Assembly (NCBI GenBank): GCA_012295275.1
Contig: CM022667.1
Span: forward strand, 10,044,001-10,108,000
DNA length: 64,000 bases
Reading direction: 5' to 3'
Origin: Chrysomallon squamiferum
Lineage: Eukaryota > Animalia > Mollusca
Below the pieces are notes generated by a model that searched no databases, was not told where the DNA came from, and saw only the letters and a list, made by a program, of their open reading frames with translations. Each line of letters starts with the position of its first letter. The stretch's first letter is position 1. Position numbers and translations under genes: made by a program. Below, piece after piece: positions 13,517 to 27,251 of the stretch.

Positions 13517-16474
13517 TCAAATGGCATTAGATGTTATTTTACTAATTTTGTTGAAGTTGTGTTCATTGGCTTTAAAAATGAAATCTACCCACTGCTGGTC
13601 ATTTTCTGTTGTGAGGTGGGAAAGCCTGGAAACGAAATATTCACAATTTACTCAGTTTTATTAAAACAAAATAAATAAATAAATAACAGTAATTGAAAAA
13701 CAACATCAAAAATAAAGTGCTACACACCCTGCCACACCAACCCCCCCCAAAAGCAAACAAGTAGATGTCATATTTGATGACTGTAACTCACAAGTGTTTT
13801 ATTATGAAAACTATAAAATTAGAAATTACATGGTAAAGCTGGAGTATTTTATAACTAACTGAAAATTTACCTAGATAATAATATATGTTCTGTTGTAAAT
13901 ACTCTTTACAGTATCATTTACAAAACCTACCTAATAAAGCTTAGATGGTTTGCAATTTCTGAAGACAGGATGGTGCTCTGAAAAAACACACAAAAAATTT
14001 TTTAAAAATCTGTGTTTTATTTTGAACTCAGTAGTTATTCAACAATTTGAAATGGTTATCCCATATCAAATATACATGATTTCTTTTCTTCATTTATTTA
14101 AAAAAAATCATCACTATAAAATATGAAATTAATTGCTGTTGAACCACATATTATTCACTGACAAAAGCAACAGTTCATTTACATGATGTTTCCACAATAT
14201 CACTTTAACAATTTTAATTTATTCTGCATGATGAATTTTAAAAATAATTTCTTAACTAAAAGACTAAAAAATAAAAAAATTTACAAAAATAATTACCTGC
14301 TCTCTGACAATTGCATCACAAATGGGGGGATACAAACTGGCTGCCATGTCATCAACCAATGGACTCAGTCTGCTGGCTATTTCCACTATCTTGTCCAGCT
14401 GTTCAATGGCCATTTTGGTTTTACAGTCACCATTGCTTCTGACTGATTCTTTAGTCTTTTTCAGTAATGATTTAACAGTTTTTATCAAACCTGTACAAGA
14501 CAGGACAAGAACTTTCTCATCAGGTGTCCATGTTTCTGAGGTTTCCTCACCAAGCTCCATGATTTCATCAGTCTCCTCATTTTCACTGCTTCCAGTAGCT
14601 GCCTGAAATAACATTGAAATAGCAGTCCATTTAATGTTTATTTTACTTTGTTTTAACATACTCATATTTAATATTATTTTTCTTCGTTTTAAAATAACAT
14701 ATTTAACTTTCATATTTTAGAAAATATTCCTCTGTCACTGATTAATAGTTATTTTATAAGAAACATGAGAAAACAAAAAGGAAGCATTTGACTCAATGTT
14801 TGCCAGAACATTTGTGTAGTTCATTCTATTTTGTTGTAGAATCATGAACAATTTTCTTATTGGGTTGGTTACAATTTACAGGTATGGATAAATAAATTTT
14901 TTTTTTTTTTTTTTTTTTAAATTGCTGAAAAAAAAATATATTTTTTTATTCTATGCTAAAAGTACAATATGGAAATTTAATATAGGTTAAACAACCGTAT
15001 CCAAAATGCATAAGGCAAAACAACAGGTTATATTTTGAAATATTTCAGTTTTTGGTTCAATTACAATGAGCTCACATAACACATGACCTACAGCCTAGAG
15101 ATTGTTTAAAACAACATTTTTAATAATGTAGGTTAATAAAACAAAAGTGTGTGGCTACAGAATCATTTAAAAGCTATCATTTCCTCAAGAAAGTTTCAGA
15201 TTTCAAAATTTCTGATATGGCTAAATGTGTACTGGATTAAATATAAGTTAGTTAAATTGCAGATATGTTTTTTATACTGTATACTTTTTAAAGAACAATT
15301 AATTATTACCTCCTGTAATTCCTGAAATGCTTCATTAAGTGTAAGTTAGTATTAGTTAAACATGAAATATATTTTTATATGTTTTTTAAAAAGCAATTAA
15401 TTAATAATTACCTCCTGTAATTCCTGTAATGCATCATTCACAAGTTCTGAGGTTTCAGTAAGAACAATCAAACATGCCTCCTTATTGTCTGAAAAACAAA
15501 TAAAATAACAGCTTTCTGACATTACTTTTCTTTAAACTTAAAAATTAAAGTTGACTATAAAAAAGTAAAAAAACCAAATAAAAAATAAATAAATAAAATC
15601 AATCATTAAATAATCAATTTAAAGATCACTATTATCTAGGAGTATGAAACCATCAGCTTAGTGTTAAATGTGTCCAGTTTGGCTTTATTTAATTTTATTT
15701 CTACTAATCTGTCAAATGCAACAGAAATAAATTTATTCCACCTTGTTAAAAATCATAAAATCAATTTTTCATCTTTTGTGTATAAATTGGAATGAATTTT
15801 GCTTGGAACATAAAACCTGGCCAATTCTGATTTTTTTTTTTTTTATGTGTATTTTGTTTTTTGTTTTGTTCTTGCTAATGTGACTGAAAATCTTTATAAT
15901 GCAACAAGAAGGAAATTTACCTGCTATTTAAGACAAATGTGTGTGAAATGCTCACCTTTAGGAAGAGAAGAAAATGAATCTGCCTGCTGCCACACCTGTC
16001 CAGTGGTCTGAAGCTGCTCAGAAGATCTGTTTACATCAACAGATAATATCAGATAAAACACACACACACACATATTACAATGATTAAAACATCCGCTTTG
16101 AAGCTATACTTTAATTTATATTTCTATGTTTTTGTTTTTAGATTAAAAAGTAAGTACACAAATAAGAAGAGCCACTTTGAAGGTACTTTAACTTACATTA
16201 ATATATGTATGTAATTTGTTTTTAAATTAAAGAATTATGCATACTGCAAACAGAAGGCATACTTTCACTTACTATAATATATTTTGATGTAATTTTTTAT
16301 ACTGTATTGAAATAAATGTAAATGGTTAAAACAGATTTTAAATATATACTTACCCTGCAGTAAAATCAGACACATTTTGAACCAAACTTTTCACTTGTTC
16401 AATAATTTCTAAAACTGACTTCTTCAGCATTTTTCGTAGTGTTAATCCTAACAAAAAAATAAATAAATAAATAA

Positions 16475-16523
<49 letters not shown>

Positions 16524-18274
16524 TTCACCAAAGTATGCATGTGACTCATTTTGTTGATCAGGGTCACATTTGTTGAATTAGTTAATACACTGACCTTGTG
16601 ACTGTGGAAGAGAATAGTAGGCAGACACAAGGGCCAGAACAACCCCTTGTAGACTTCCAAGCAGAGGTTCACATTGCTGGAAAAAAAAAAAAAAAAAAAA
16701 AAAAAAATTAAGTCAATATCAGTATTAAACAGGGATGGTAGGCAAGAATATTTTATTTAACACTTTATTTAAAAACTAGCTCCCAGCAAAATCCACAAAA
16801 ATTGTACTGCTGTCAAATGTACATCTATCTACGTTGAATTTTTGCAGATAGTTGAGGACTAAACTGATAGTATCACAGGAAACCATACAGAGGACTATTC
16901 TATTCTTCAAAAGACATCAAGGAGTGTTTTAAACCAATCATGAGGCCCTCATTTAAGTAACCAAACAGGACTATTTCTGATGAATGGACCCTATGACCAG
17001 CTATAATTATCACAGAGCTACAGCTCATAGCAATAATATCAATGGATATCTGCTTAGTAAAACTTTAAGACAGCAGGCAAATTATAACAGAAGACAAAAC
17101 TCACAAAGAATAAAAACTAAATTCCTTCAATTCCTGAAGTATATAGTATTAACTCTCAGTAGTTTTGTAGTAGTTGTGGACAGTTCTGGATCATAATTAG
17201 AAGGTGTAAAAGAATAGTACATTAACCTCTTTTGTTGGTACTGGAGCAGAAGAAAATGCTAGGGATAATTTTGTTGCTTCTGCCGACAAACTTCCATATA
17301 TTTTACCTAAAAATAAAAATTTAATTTATTTATAGTTTTATTAACACATTTTTTTGTAAATTTAAATTGTAATTATTTCTCCATAAAAAGAAATTAAAAC
17401 TTAAATTTCTTCTCCATAAACAAAAAATATAATATGTGTCTATAAACAGAAATTAAATTTTAAATTATTTCTCTCTATATTTAAAAGAGTTATGTATGTC
17501 ATTTTTCCATTTTAATGTTGTTGTTTTTTTGTTTTTTTAAAATAATTTTCATATAAAAATGAGTGAATATTTACCCAATCTTGTCCAGTATGTATCTCCA
17601 TTAAATACTTCTTTTTCATTTTCTGGCCTAATACTTTCATCATCTGTCAAGTTATAAATAAATGATAAAATCATCTGTCAAGTTATAAATAAATGATAAA
17701 ATATTAACTTATGTTATTTCAAACCTTAAAACTATATGCCTTAATCTATACATTTATAACTGTTAACTTTTAACACTATTTAACATGAAACCCTATTTAA
17801 TTTGTTTTTATAATTTCATTAGTAAAAACAGTTTAATCAAATTAACGTTATGTATTACTAAAAAATAAAATTTCTTGAAAAAGTTAAAAGGATTTTAGTG
17901 GTCAAAAACCGTAGTAAAATGCTGCGTAAAACTGTTGAAAACAAGGGGTAGGCCCAAACTACAAGATTACTAAAAAAAACCCATCATCGTCAGTTTGTGG
18001 CTTTTATTGCCTAATCATGGCTACTGCCTAGTAATTCAACTGTTTCAGAGTAATGGTTTAGTGGTTCTGGTAATCTACTATTTCAATATTTGTTATTCGT
18101 TTTGTATTTGATTTGTAATATTGTAACATCCCAAACAAAAGCAGCTAACTTAAACGACAATGTAACAGTTGTCATAAAACAATAACCTTGTATCTGAGCA
18201 ATTACAATCTCCATATTATCAATAAACTGTTTTAATAGATCAGCATGATCCAACGAACTTCGTTTGTCAGCCAT
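13517..18274 (-). CDS. CCNDBP1: Cyclin-D1-binding protein 1 (GCIP) homolog, 340 aa
   Basis: Exons 18274-18187, 17643-17575, 17306-17227, 16676-16595, 16447-16354, 16026-15956, 15488-15412, 14602-14297, 13977-13931, 13625-13517 (1023 nt, frame closes). GCIP-family motifs LSAEATKLSLAFS, QGLTLRK, TGQVW, LVNDALQEL, QLDKIVEIASRLSPLVDDMAASLYPP. Confidence 0.88.
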
Positions 18275-18437
18275 AGCTGATTGGTTGTGTGATTTTATTT
18301 CTTCCCGAGAACCTCACTACTGTGTTGACCGTGTTGGTACCTGTTGAAGAGGCAGAATGTACACAGAAAGAAAAGAGTAGCTAAGAGGTGTGTCACGAGA
18401 AGAATTGTAATTTTAAGTTTGTAGACTTGGAATAAGA
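18275..18437. promoter_or_regulatory. Very compact bidirectional promoter/5'UTR region shared by CCNDBP1 and PEPD
   Basis: Only 163 bp between the two divergent ATGs. Contains CTGATTGG (CCAAT box), TTCCCGAGAA and TGTCACGAGA. Confidence 0.7.
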
Positions 18438-18887
18438 ATGGCTTCTGCACGAGCACAGTGAGTTGTCTTTGAGTTTTTCAGGATTAAAGTAAAACTAGCT
18501 GTTGTCACTGTGAAAAAGAAAAGAAAAGAAAAGAAAAATGTAATCTTGTATCATTCGATTTCATAATCAGCTTTTTTTAAATTTTTTAGAAACTAAATGA
18601 TCTTATTTAATATAAGATATAAACTGCTTATCTATATCTAACTCTAAGACGAGCAAATTAAATCTAAACTATAAATCTGAAAGTATATTACTGATATTAG
18701 TATTATTACTGTTGTTATAAAATATTTACATAAAAATTCCACAGTGACATATTAGAAATGGTTTTGACTGTCAAAAAAAAAAAAAAAAAAAAGAAAGAAA
18801 GACAAAAAAAAGAAAAAGAAAAGAAAACATTCGATACAATATGCACCAGTATGTAATTTTGTTTATAAAAGACAACCCACAACAAAA

Positions 18888-18918
<31 letters not shown>

Positions 18919-19616
18919 ATTAAATGAATGAATAAATTAAATAAATAAAATCAAGTGGCTAAACTGCTAACTGGCTGATTATTTTGATGAGAGACTACAA
19001 AAAGCAGCAGGTACTCCAGGAATGTTGTCATATGATAAAAACTAATGGTAATTAGCTAAAATCCTGCAGGGATTCATTTTTGGTTGTAGGAAAGAAAGAA
19101 ACAGGAAAAAAATAAACAGTACAATTTTACTAAAATTCCTGTTTTAAATATGTTAAAGGTATTAAAAATAATTTTTGGTGTCAAACTAATATTTTTACAT
19201 CATTTTCAAATCATCGTTATTCTTCACATTGTTCTTGTTGTTTATCAAGCCTATAAAAAGATTAATGACAAAATCAAGAAGATTATTTATAAACAGCAAA
19301 TCAAATTAGCTCATGGTTATTAATATCATGGCTGATTGTATTAATGCATCAAGATTTGCAAAACCAAAATTTGTTTTTTGGGGAAATATTTGTTTCCAGG
19401 GCAACAGGGAAGATTCCACTGAAAACAACACTGAATTTGAAGCATACGTCACTACACTTCAGAATAACTTCTAGGACAGAGTCATGAGCTTCTTCTAATT
19501 AGGAAAACTCTTCTTTGTTTGAAAGTTTTTAAGTGAAGGAAAACAATTTATATTTAATAGTTATTTTAAACACATCAAAAATGTTTTATTTTATAATTTA
19601 TTTATTTAATTTAAAA

Positions 19617-19656
<40 letters not shown>

Positions 19657-22600
19657 GGCCTACATTTTGTCGAGGTGACCATACACTCTCTGTACCAATG
19701 GAGCTGTTTAAAGAAAATCGAAAGCGACTGTGTGAGAGACTGAGAAAAAACAAACAGATCCCAGAAGGAGCTGTGGTTCTGCTACAGGGAGGAGAATACA
19801 CAACACGATATTGCTCTGACCATGAGCCTCTCTTTAGACAGGTTTGTTTTATAAAAATACCAACAACTGGATTTCCTCTGCAAAACTCTTATGGACACAA
19901 ATTTAAAATAAAAATAAAAATAAAAATTACTCATATAATTGTCCCGGTCCCTTCCATAACCACTAACAACAAATTTTGAGTATTGTACCTAACCATAACA
20001 GTGCAAAATTGCTGCTTTGAAGTAATAAAACAACAGTGAACAGTAAAAATGTACTGAGTTCAACTGCTGTTTTGTTCCTTTATGGGTGAACACATGCAGA
20101 TTATGTCAGTATTTTCTTAAATTAAAAAACATCTATTTATGAGTTCACTGCTGGAATGATGGAAAATATTCTGGAAGAGTTAATTTCCACAGGTTAGGGG
20201 GTTCAGTACTTGTTTTACCCAGACTGCTGGCAACACATGCTATGCCAGTGCTCTCTTAAGTCTATTTCCAAAGCAAACAACTCTAAAATGTGTTGAGTCT
20301 GTTGTCAAATTAAACATTTCATTCCTTCCTTTAGATAGAAATGGAACAATTTTGAATTAATTATATCATTGTCTAATGTTAAATCTGTAACTTGATGGAA
20401 TACAAGTTCTTGCTTTCTGGTTTTATGTAAATGGAATTTCACAAATCATTTTTGACAAAACCATGGCTAGCAAATTAAATAAAGATCACGGATGTATATT
20501 AGAAGCTTTTTTATTATAATTAAATACTTTTCTTTATTTTATTTTATTACTTTTATATAAATTTTTTTTTTATTTTATTATTATTATTTCTATATTAAAG
20601 TAAATTGATATTTTTTTTATACTTTCTTATTTCAAACAAGTTTGTTCATCTATGCTATTAGTTCATCAAGAATGAATATTGAGTAGTACTAGTATGATAC
20701 TTTATCTTGCAGGAGTCTTTCTTTCACTGGATGTTTGGAGTAGAGGAACCAGATTTCTATGGAGCCCTGGATGTGAAGACTGGAAAATCTTTTCTGTTTC
20801 CTCCAAAACTTCCAGACTCCTATGCTGTTTGGATGGGAAAGTAAATCTTTAATTATTGCTACATCTTGGTCTATATGAAATTTATGTGTGGGTATTGTCA
20901 TAAATGTAAAGATAAATAAACAGACTTATACATCTATAAGTCTTTACATAGAGTTGCATATGTTTACATAAATATGTATTTTAAAAATTCTCCTGTAATG
21001 AGAAGGATCAATGCACTGTAGCTCTTTCTAGTTTGAGTAATTAAACTTTCTCATAATGTTCTTTCCTGTGTAAAAGAAGGTGCATATAATGTTCCTTGCT
21101 GCTAATCAATGATGAGTAGTGAAGACACACTTTCTCTTAAAAAAATTATTATTGTTGTATGGAAATTGTACATTCATTTCATTACCTATTTTTACCTTCA
21201 ATTCATGCTAAAAAAATATTTTGTTGTTTAATTTTGTGTGTGTGTGCATATGTGAGAGAGAGAGCAATTTCTAATTTAGTAATTGAAGTTTTTTTTTTTC
21301 TTAATAAATGTTGGGGTTTTTTTGTACTTTTTTTATAGATTACTTTCTGCAGATGATTTTAAAACACGTTATGGAGTGGATGAAGTTTATTTTGTACCAG
21401 ATGTATGTTTATACACACTTTTTTAAATTAGTTCTAAACTGTGATTTTTCTCCCCCAGTGTCTTCTTTAGATCACGAGGAAAAAATAGTACCTCTTGATG
21501 TTTCTCTTCAGAGTATTTTATTACATGTTTTTATTCTGTACCAAAGTTCAGTTTGTAAGTGTTTTGACCAACCACTATAGACAAGGTAACCTAGATCGAT
21601 AAGTAGATAGACTGAAAGACAGACTAATTGACTGATAAACAAATTGATTAATATATATTTACTGATAGAATGATTGATAGCTAGACTGTTTTGGTCCAGA
21701 ATTTCACAACAACAGCAGCAGTTAAAAGAATTTGAACAATCATGACATAGACAAGAATATACCTAAACCTTAGTAATATAAAAATCAGAATAAATAAATC
21801 TTGATAATTATCATTTTAAAACATATAAATAAATTAAAAAAAAATTATTTGTTTTCAGATGCCTGAAATTCTTAAAAAATTGAAACCATCTGTTTTGTTA
21901 ACATTGGTAAGTAACTTTTAAAATAACTAATATTAATATTTGAGTACTCAGGAATGAAATAATGTCTGTAAAATGGCTGCTACAATATAATAGAGGTATT
22001 TCGTATTCCTGTTGGCATGCACACAAAAACTAATGTCCCATGACAAAATAGATTGAAACCAGTCTATTTACAAATTGGGAGCTGTGACAGATAGGTTGTT
22101 ATGGGCGACATGAATAGCTTTGTAGGTCACTTTAAACTTTGGCAACTAACATGTACATATATCAAATCTCTGCAACTCACACCTGAGGTTTTGATTACAC
22201 AAGATTAAGAGACTAGTACAAACAAAACATATGACAAGGATTCCATGTGAGTGTTTGTAAGTTTGAAAAGATATAAATATCAGGACGTATATGTGTGTGG
22301 GTGGGTTTGTGTGTATGTATATGTATACCCACCCTAAATAACTACAAACATACATATACACACATTTATCCATGTACATGCAAATATAAAAAAAATTCTC
22401 TAGGTATGTATACATAACCATAATATCAATATAGACAAATGCTGTTATCAAGCCTGCCATCCCCCCACCTACAAAAATGGGAACTTAAATGCTTATGTAC
22501 ACACACACTCAGTATAGTTGAAAAACCACCTCTCAAAACAATTCAGGTCCAGATCAAGGGTAGCAGGTGCCCCTCCCCCACAGATGCACTGCAAATATTG

Positions 22601-24493
22601 ACAATAACTTGTTTGTTCATCAAGTCTTTGCAGTGATACCATTTGCAGCCAGAGTATTTACACCTTTGTTGCAGACACATCTCTGACTGAACACTGTCAA
22701 CATGGTCACACGCTATGTTCAACAAACAAAACATACAGTATCATGATTAATTAAATATTTTGTTTATGAAGGAAACGTGAACCATTTATTTCCTTATAGG
22801 TTAACACCAGTTACTTGTGTACTGGCAGTAATTGTTAGGTGTTAGTACAAACATGCACAAGTATACATATTTAATGCTTTAAAAAAAACTTTAAAAATAA
22901 GCCATTTATTTTGGAGTAACTTATAATTGTTATATTAAAATGTTTTGTATAACATGCATTGTCAAATTTTTAGGGAAAACACTACATACTGTCATTATAG
23001 TTTAAGTTTTTAATTGTTCATCATATTAGTAAGATTCAACAGTTACATAATCAGTATTTATTGAATTAAACAAACAATAAAACATATTAAAAGTTGTGTG
23101 TATTCTTTCAGTTGTCAATAAATATGGGCATGGCCCTTATTAGTTTCCATACTTTTCTAGAGGTCGCGTGTTCTAAATGTAAGAACACTGTGACCATGTC
23201 ATTTTGACTGTCAGAAACCAGACAGCAGTAGGATAGCTGTCAGAGCAGAAGTGTATGTGTATGGTAAGTGCTGTCTGTCATCACATTTCTAATAAAGGTT
23301 CCATTGCGTGTGGTAAATGCCGCTGTATCATGAGCAAGCACATATCTATCTAAATTTATTTTTATCTTAAAACATGTCAACACCCCACACCAATATCTAC
23401 TTAAACTACAATTTTTTTTTTTTTTTTTTTTAATTACTATTATTTATATTGACAGCATGGTTTAAATACAGACAGTGGGAACTACAGCAGAGAAGCAGCT
23501 TTTGATGGCATTGCTGAGTAAGTTTTGTATGCATCAGTAACTTGTAAACACAGTACTTGGGCAAATCATGCCACTATTTTCATAACTGGTGTTTCATTTG
23601 TTTTATATCAGAACTGATGTTTAGAAATGTTCCTAAAGGTGACAGTTACAAGTTAATGTCATACATGAAAAAAAAAAAAAGTAAAAAAGTAAACTAAAAA
23701 ATTGTATATGGGAATAAAATTATATGATTCTTTTACATATTTTATTTTTTAATTTTAATTTTTTATTTTATCAGTTTCAACGTTGACAACAAACTTCTTC
23801 ATCCTGAAATAACTGAATGGTGAGTTACTTTTAGCCACCAATGTACCTTTTATGACTTCTTTTCAAGTTTGATTACTTTCATATGAAAATGTATGGTATG
23901 TCCTGCACTGTTTGTAAGTAAAAGATTCCCTACTGCCAGTGATTGAATAAAGGAAGTTCACTCAGAGAATCTGAATGTGAGATCCTTTGAATGTTTGAAA
24001 AATGATGACATTCAATTATGTAACAGATTTTTAAAATTATTATTATTATTATTATTATTCATTGTCTTCTTAATCTCAATTAATTTTATAAATCTATCCA
24101 CATATCTGAAATTCTTGATCCATACACGTTCAGTGTTAATCTGATCAATTAAACCTTTCCCAGAATGCTTTGTTTCATTAACGGTATTTTAACATTTTTA
24201 GTGTATAAAATAAAATTTAATTCTTTTTTTCAGTCGGGTATTCAAAACTGACTATGAGCTAGATGTTCTTCGTTATGTGAATCGCATCAGCAGTGAGGCT
24301 CATAAAGAGGTATGAAGTTTGAGGTTATGTAGACTCTATACTATTCTGTGACGTACTTGAATTGTTATATGAAGTTTTATATGTAAAAAAAAACAGAAAA
24401 ATATTTTTTTGAAGTTGTTTAAGACTGTATATTTTTTTATACTTTCATGTGCAGGTTCTTTTGTTAGGATGTTCTCATAAAAATGTAAAAAAA

Positions 24494-24524
<31 letters not shown>

Positions 24525-24898
24525 TCAAAGAAAGTAAATAAATTGTTGATACATTGTTGCAAAGTTCCTACATCCTTAATCCCAAGTGGATTTCATTATT
24601 ATGATTATTATTATTATTATTATTATTATTTATTAAATTTCAGTTCTTATTTTTTTATTATTATTATTATTATTACTTTTTTTTTCACAAATATGTCAGG
24701 TTGTTGTTAGCAAAGATTGGATGTCAGGTATTTGAATCAATAACTGAAGTTTTAAAATATGTTAATGTTATTTATAGATGTAATAAAAGGGATGATTTTC
24801 AAATATTAATATTTTCAAATTGCATACATTATTATATTTTCTTATTATTTTATTCTACTTTTTAACATTTTCTTTCTGTTTTATTATTTTACTTTTTT

Positions 24899-24938
<40 letters not shown>

Positions 24939-27218
24939 TTTCACAGATTATGAGATGTATGAAACCTGGGATGTTTGAATACCAAGCAGAAAGGTAAATT
25001 TAACTTTCAAGACCAAAAATTCACCATAAATTAAAAAACCCGAGTAATAAATAGATTTCTAGAAACAAGTATGTTCAAAATCACTAATTTAAAAAGAGTT
25101 AAAAAATAAATAAATAAAAAATGAAGGAGAGAAAGAAACAAAACAAAAATATATATAATGTACTTGTAGAAATATTTATAACTTGTATTTAAAGAAATAT
25201 ACAAAATGGTGAAATTTTAGAAAAATGTACAAAATGAATTAAGAGAATACAGAAAATGTATTTAAAAACCATAACAAGTGCACATTACTTGCAGTAAAAT
25301 TGCTATTATTTTGCTTCTTAATCAACTTTATTTATTATGTTTATTTATTTTTCTCCAGTATTTTCCAGCATTATGCGTATTTCAATGGAGGAATTCGCAA
25401 CATGTCATATACCTGTATTTGTGCCAGGCAAGTAGTTTTTTTTATTTAATTAGGAGATGAAGGTCTCTCTACCTTTTAACTTTCCATTCCAGTTTATTCA
25501 AACATTACATCCACATGAATGGTGGTTGTCGAATTTTGGCATGGGCACATGGTGTTTGTGGAAGGTATTTATTTGAACCTTCAACAATTTGTTATTTAGT
25601 AACAAAATGTTATCTTTATTTATCATTCCTTGTTATTATTATTTCATCATTAACATCATTAATGGATAATAACTGAAATTTTATAGTTAATATTTTGTCA
25701 TGATGATGACTGATAATGATCATTATTTGTTTTATTTTTTTATTTTTTTTATTTTATTTTTGGGGGGGGAGAGATGAATTTTCTGTTTTTCATTTATTTT
25801 AATTGCATTACCAGTATATTACTCCATTTCATAAACACTAAATTTAAAAAAGACTGAGATTAAATAAAACAACACATTTATGTGGGATTTTTGTTTAATT
25901 CTTTTTTTTTTTTTTTTTGCATATTTTTTAATTATTATTATTCTTTTTTTAATTTATTTATTTATTTATTTTTTATTTAACAAGTTATACAAATTCATTA
26001 TATATAAACTATTGTTTTGACTGTTTTTGTTTTGATTTATTTATTTGTATTTTTGGTTATTCTCATTGCTAAGGTTTATCTAAAATCATTAACTCTGTTG
26101 TCATATTCAGTGGACAAAATGGAGCTGTTCTCCACTATGGACATGCTGGGGCACCAAATGCCAAAGTTATAAACGATGGGGACATGTGGTAAGAAAATTT
26201 AACATTTATTATTAATGAAGTTGTATGGTTTTGACATTGTTTTATCAGAAAATTAACAACCAGAACCCCCCTCCCTAAAAAAAGACCAACCCTGACAGAC
26301 AACCAAATAGAATTCAGTATACAAAACTGCATCATGAAAACAGAAAAATGTTGACCGCAAAACATCCTCATCAGCATGTTGTTCATTAATAATCGTACTT
26401 TATTATCAGCAAAGATTGTTAATCAATGACAGATTTTAAAAATAATGAATAATATTTAATTTGGTTAACATTTTGTTGATATGAGTAAAATTTATATTGG
26501 CAGTGTTGTTCAGGCTTGTTGGGGAGATATAAAAATGTTAAAGTTGGCTGTTACATACCCTCAAGCTACTTCTAAATTATAGGAAAAAATGATTACATTA
26601 GTTCTGTTTTTGAAGTATCTTTGATTTTAACTTTTCGAAATAACAGTATTTAATTTTTAAATAATTTAAAATTAAAATTAAATTTATTTTACTAGTTTGT
26701 TTGATCTTGGTGGAGAGTATTATTGCTATGCCTCAGACATCACGTGTTCGTTCCCAGCTAACGGAAAGTTCACTGCACAGCAGCGTGCTATTTACGAAGC
26801 TGTTCTCAGCGCCAACAGAGCTGTGATGAAAGCTGTAAAACCAGGTGCATGTCTCAGCCATTTTTCATTGTAGATTCATGTGTTCTTATCGGTAGTATCA
26901 GTTATATGTATGTCTCAGCCATTTTTCATTGTAGATTCATGTGTTCTTGTTGGTAGGATCAGTTATATGTGGGTCTTGGATATTTTGTTCAGATTTATCA
27001 GTACCATCAGTACTGTCATGAAGGCTGTCCCAACTGATCCGTTTAAGTATTTATACAACTCAAAGTAATACGATCATTTTATTTGGCAATGTGTGTGTGT
27101 GTGTGTGCGCATGTGCATACAGAGTTGCATGCTCATATATGCTGGATAGTTTAATTGTTTTCAAAATAGAGCTGTTACAAAACTATCAAAGTTTTGATAC
27201 CAGAAAACTGAGGTTTAC

Positions 27219-27251
<33 letters not shown>

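Noticed and set aside
14322-14606. Plus-strand 94-aa ORF (and similar ORFs at 27186-27591, 54619-55023)
   Set aside because: Antisense shadows of real exons of CCNDBP1, PEPD and SAMHD1.
22046-22080. SECIS-like ATGA...AAA hairpin
   Set aside because: Intronic, lacks the 3' GA of the quartet, and no in-frame UGA gene is nearby.
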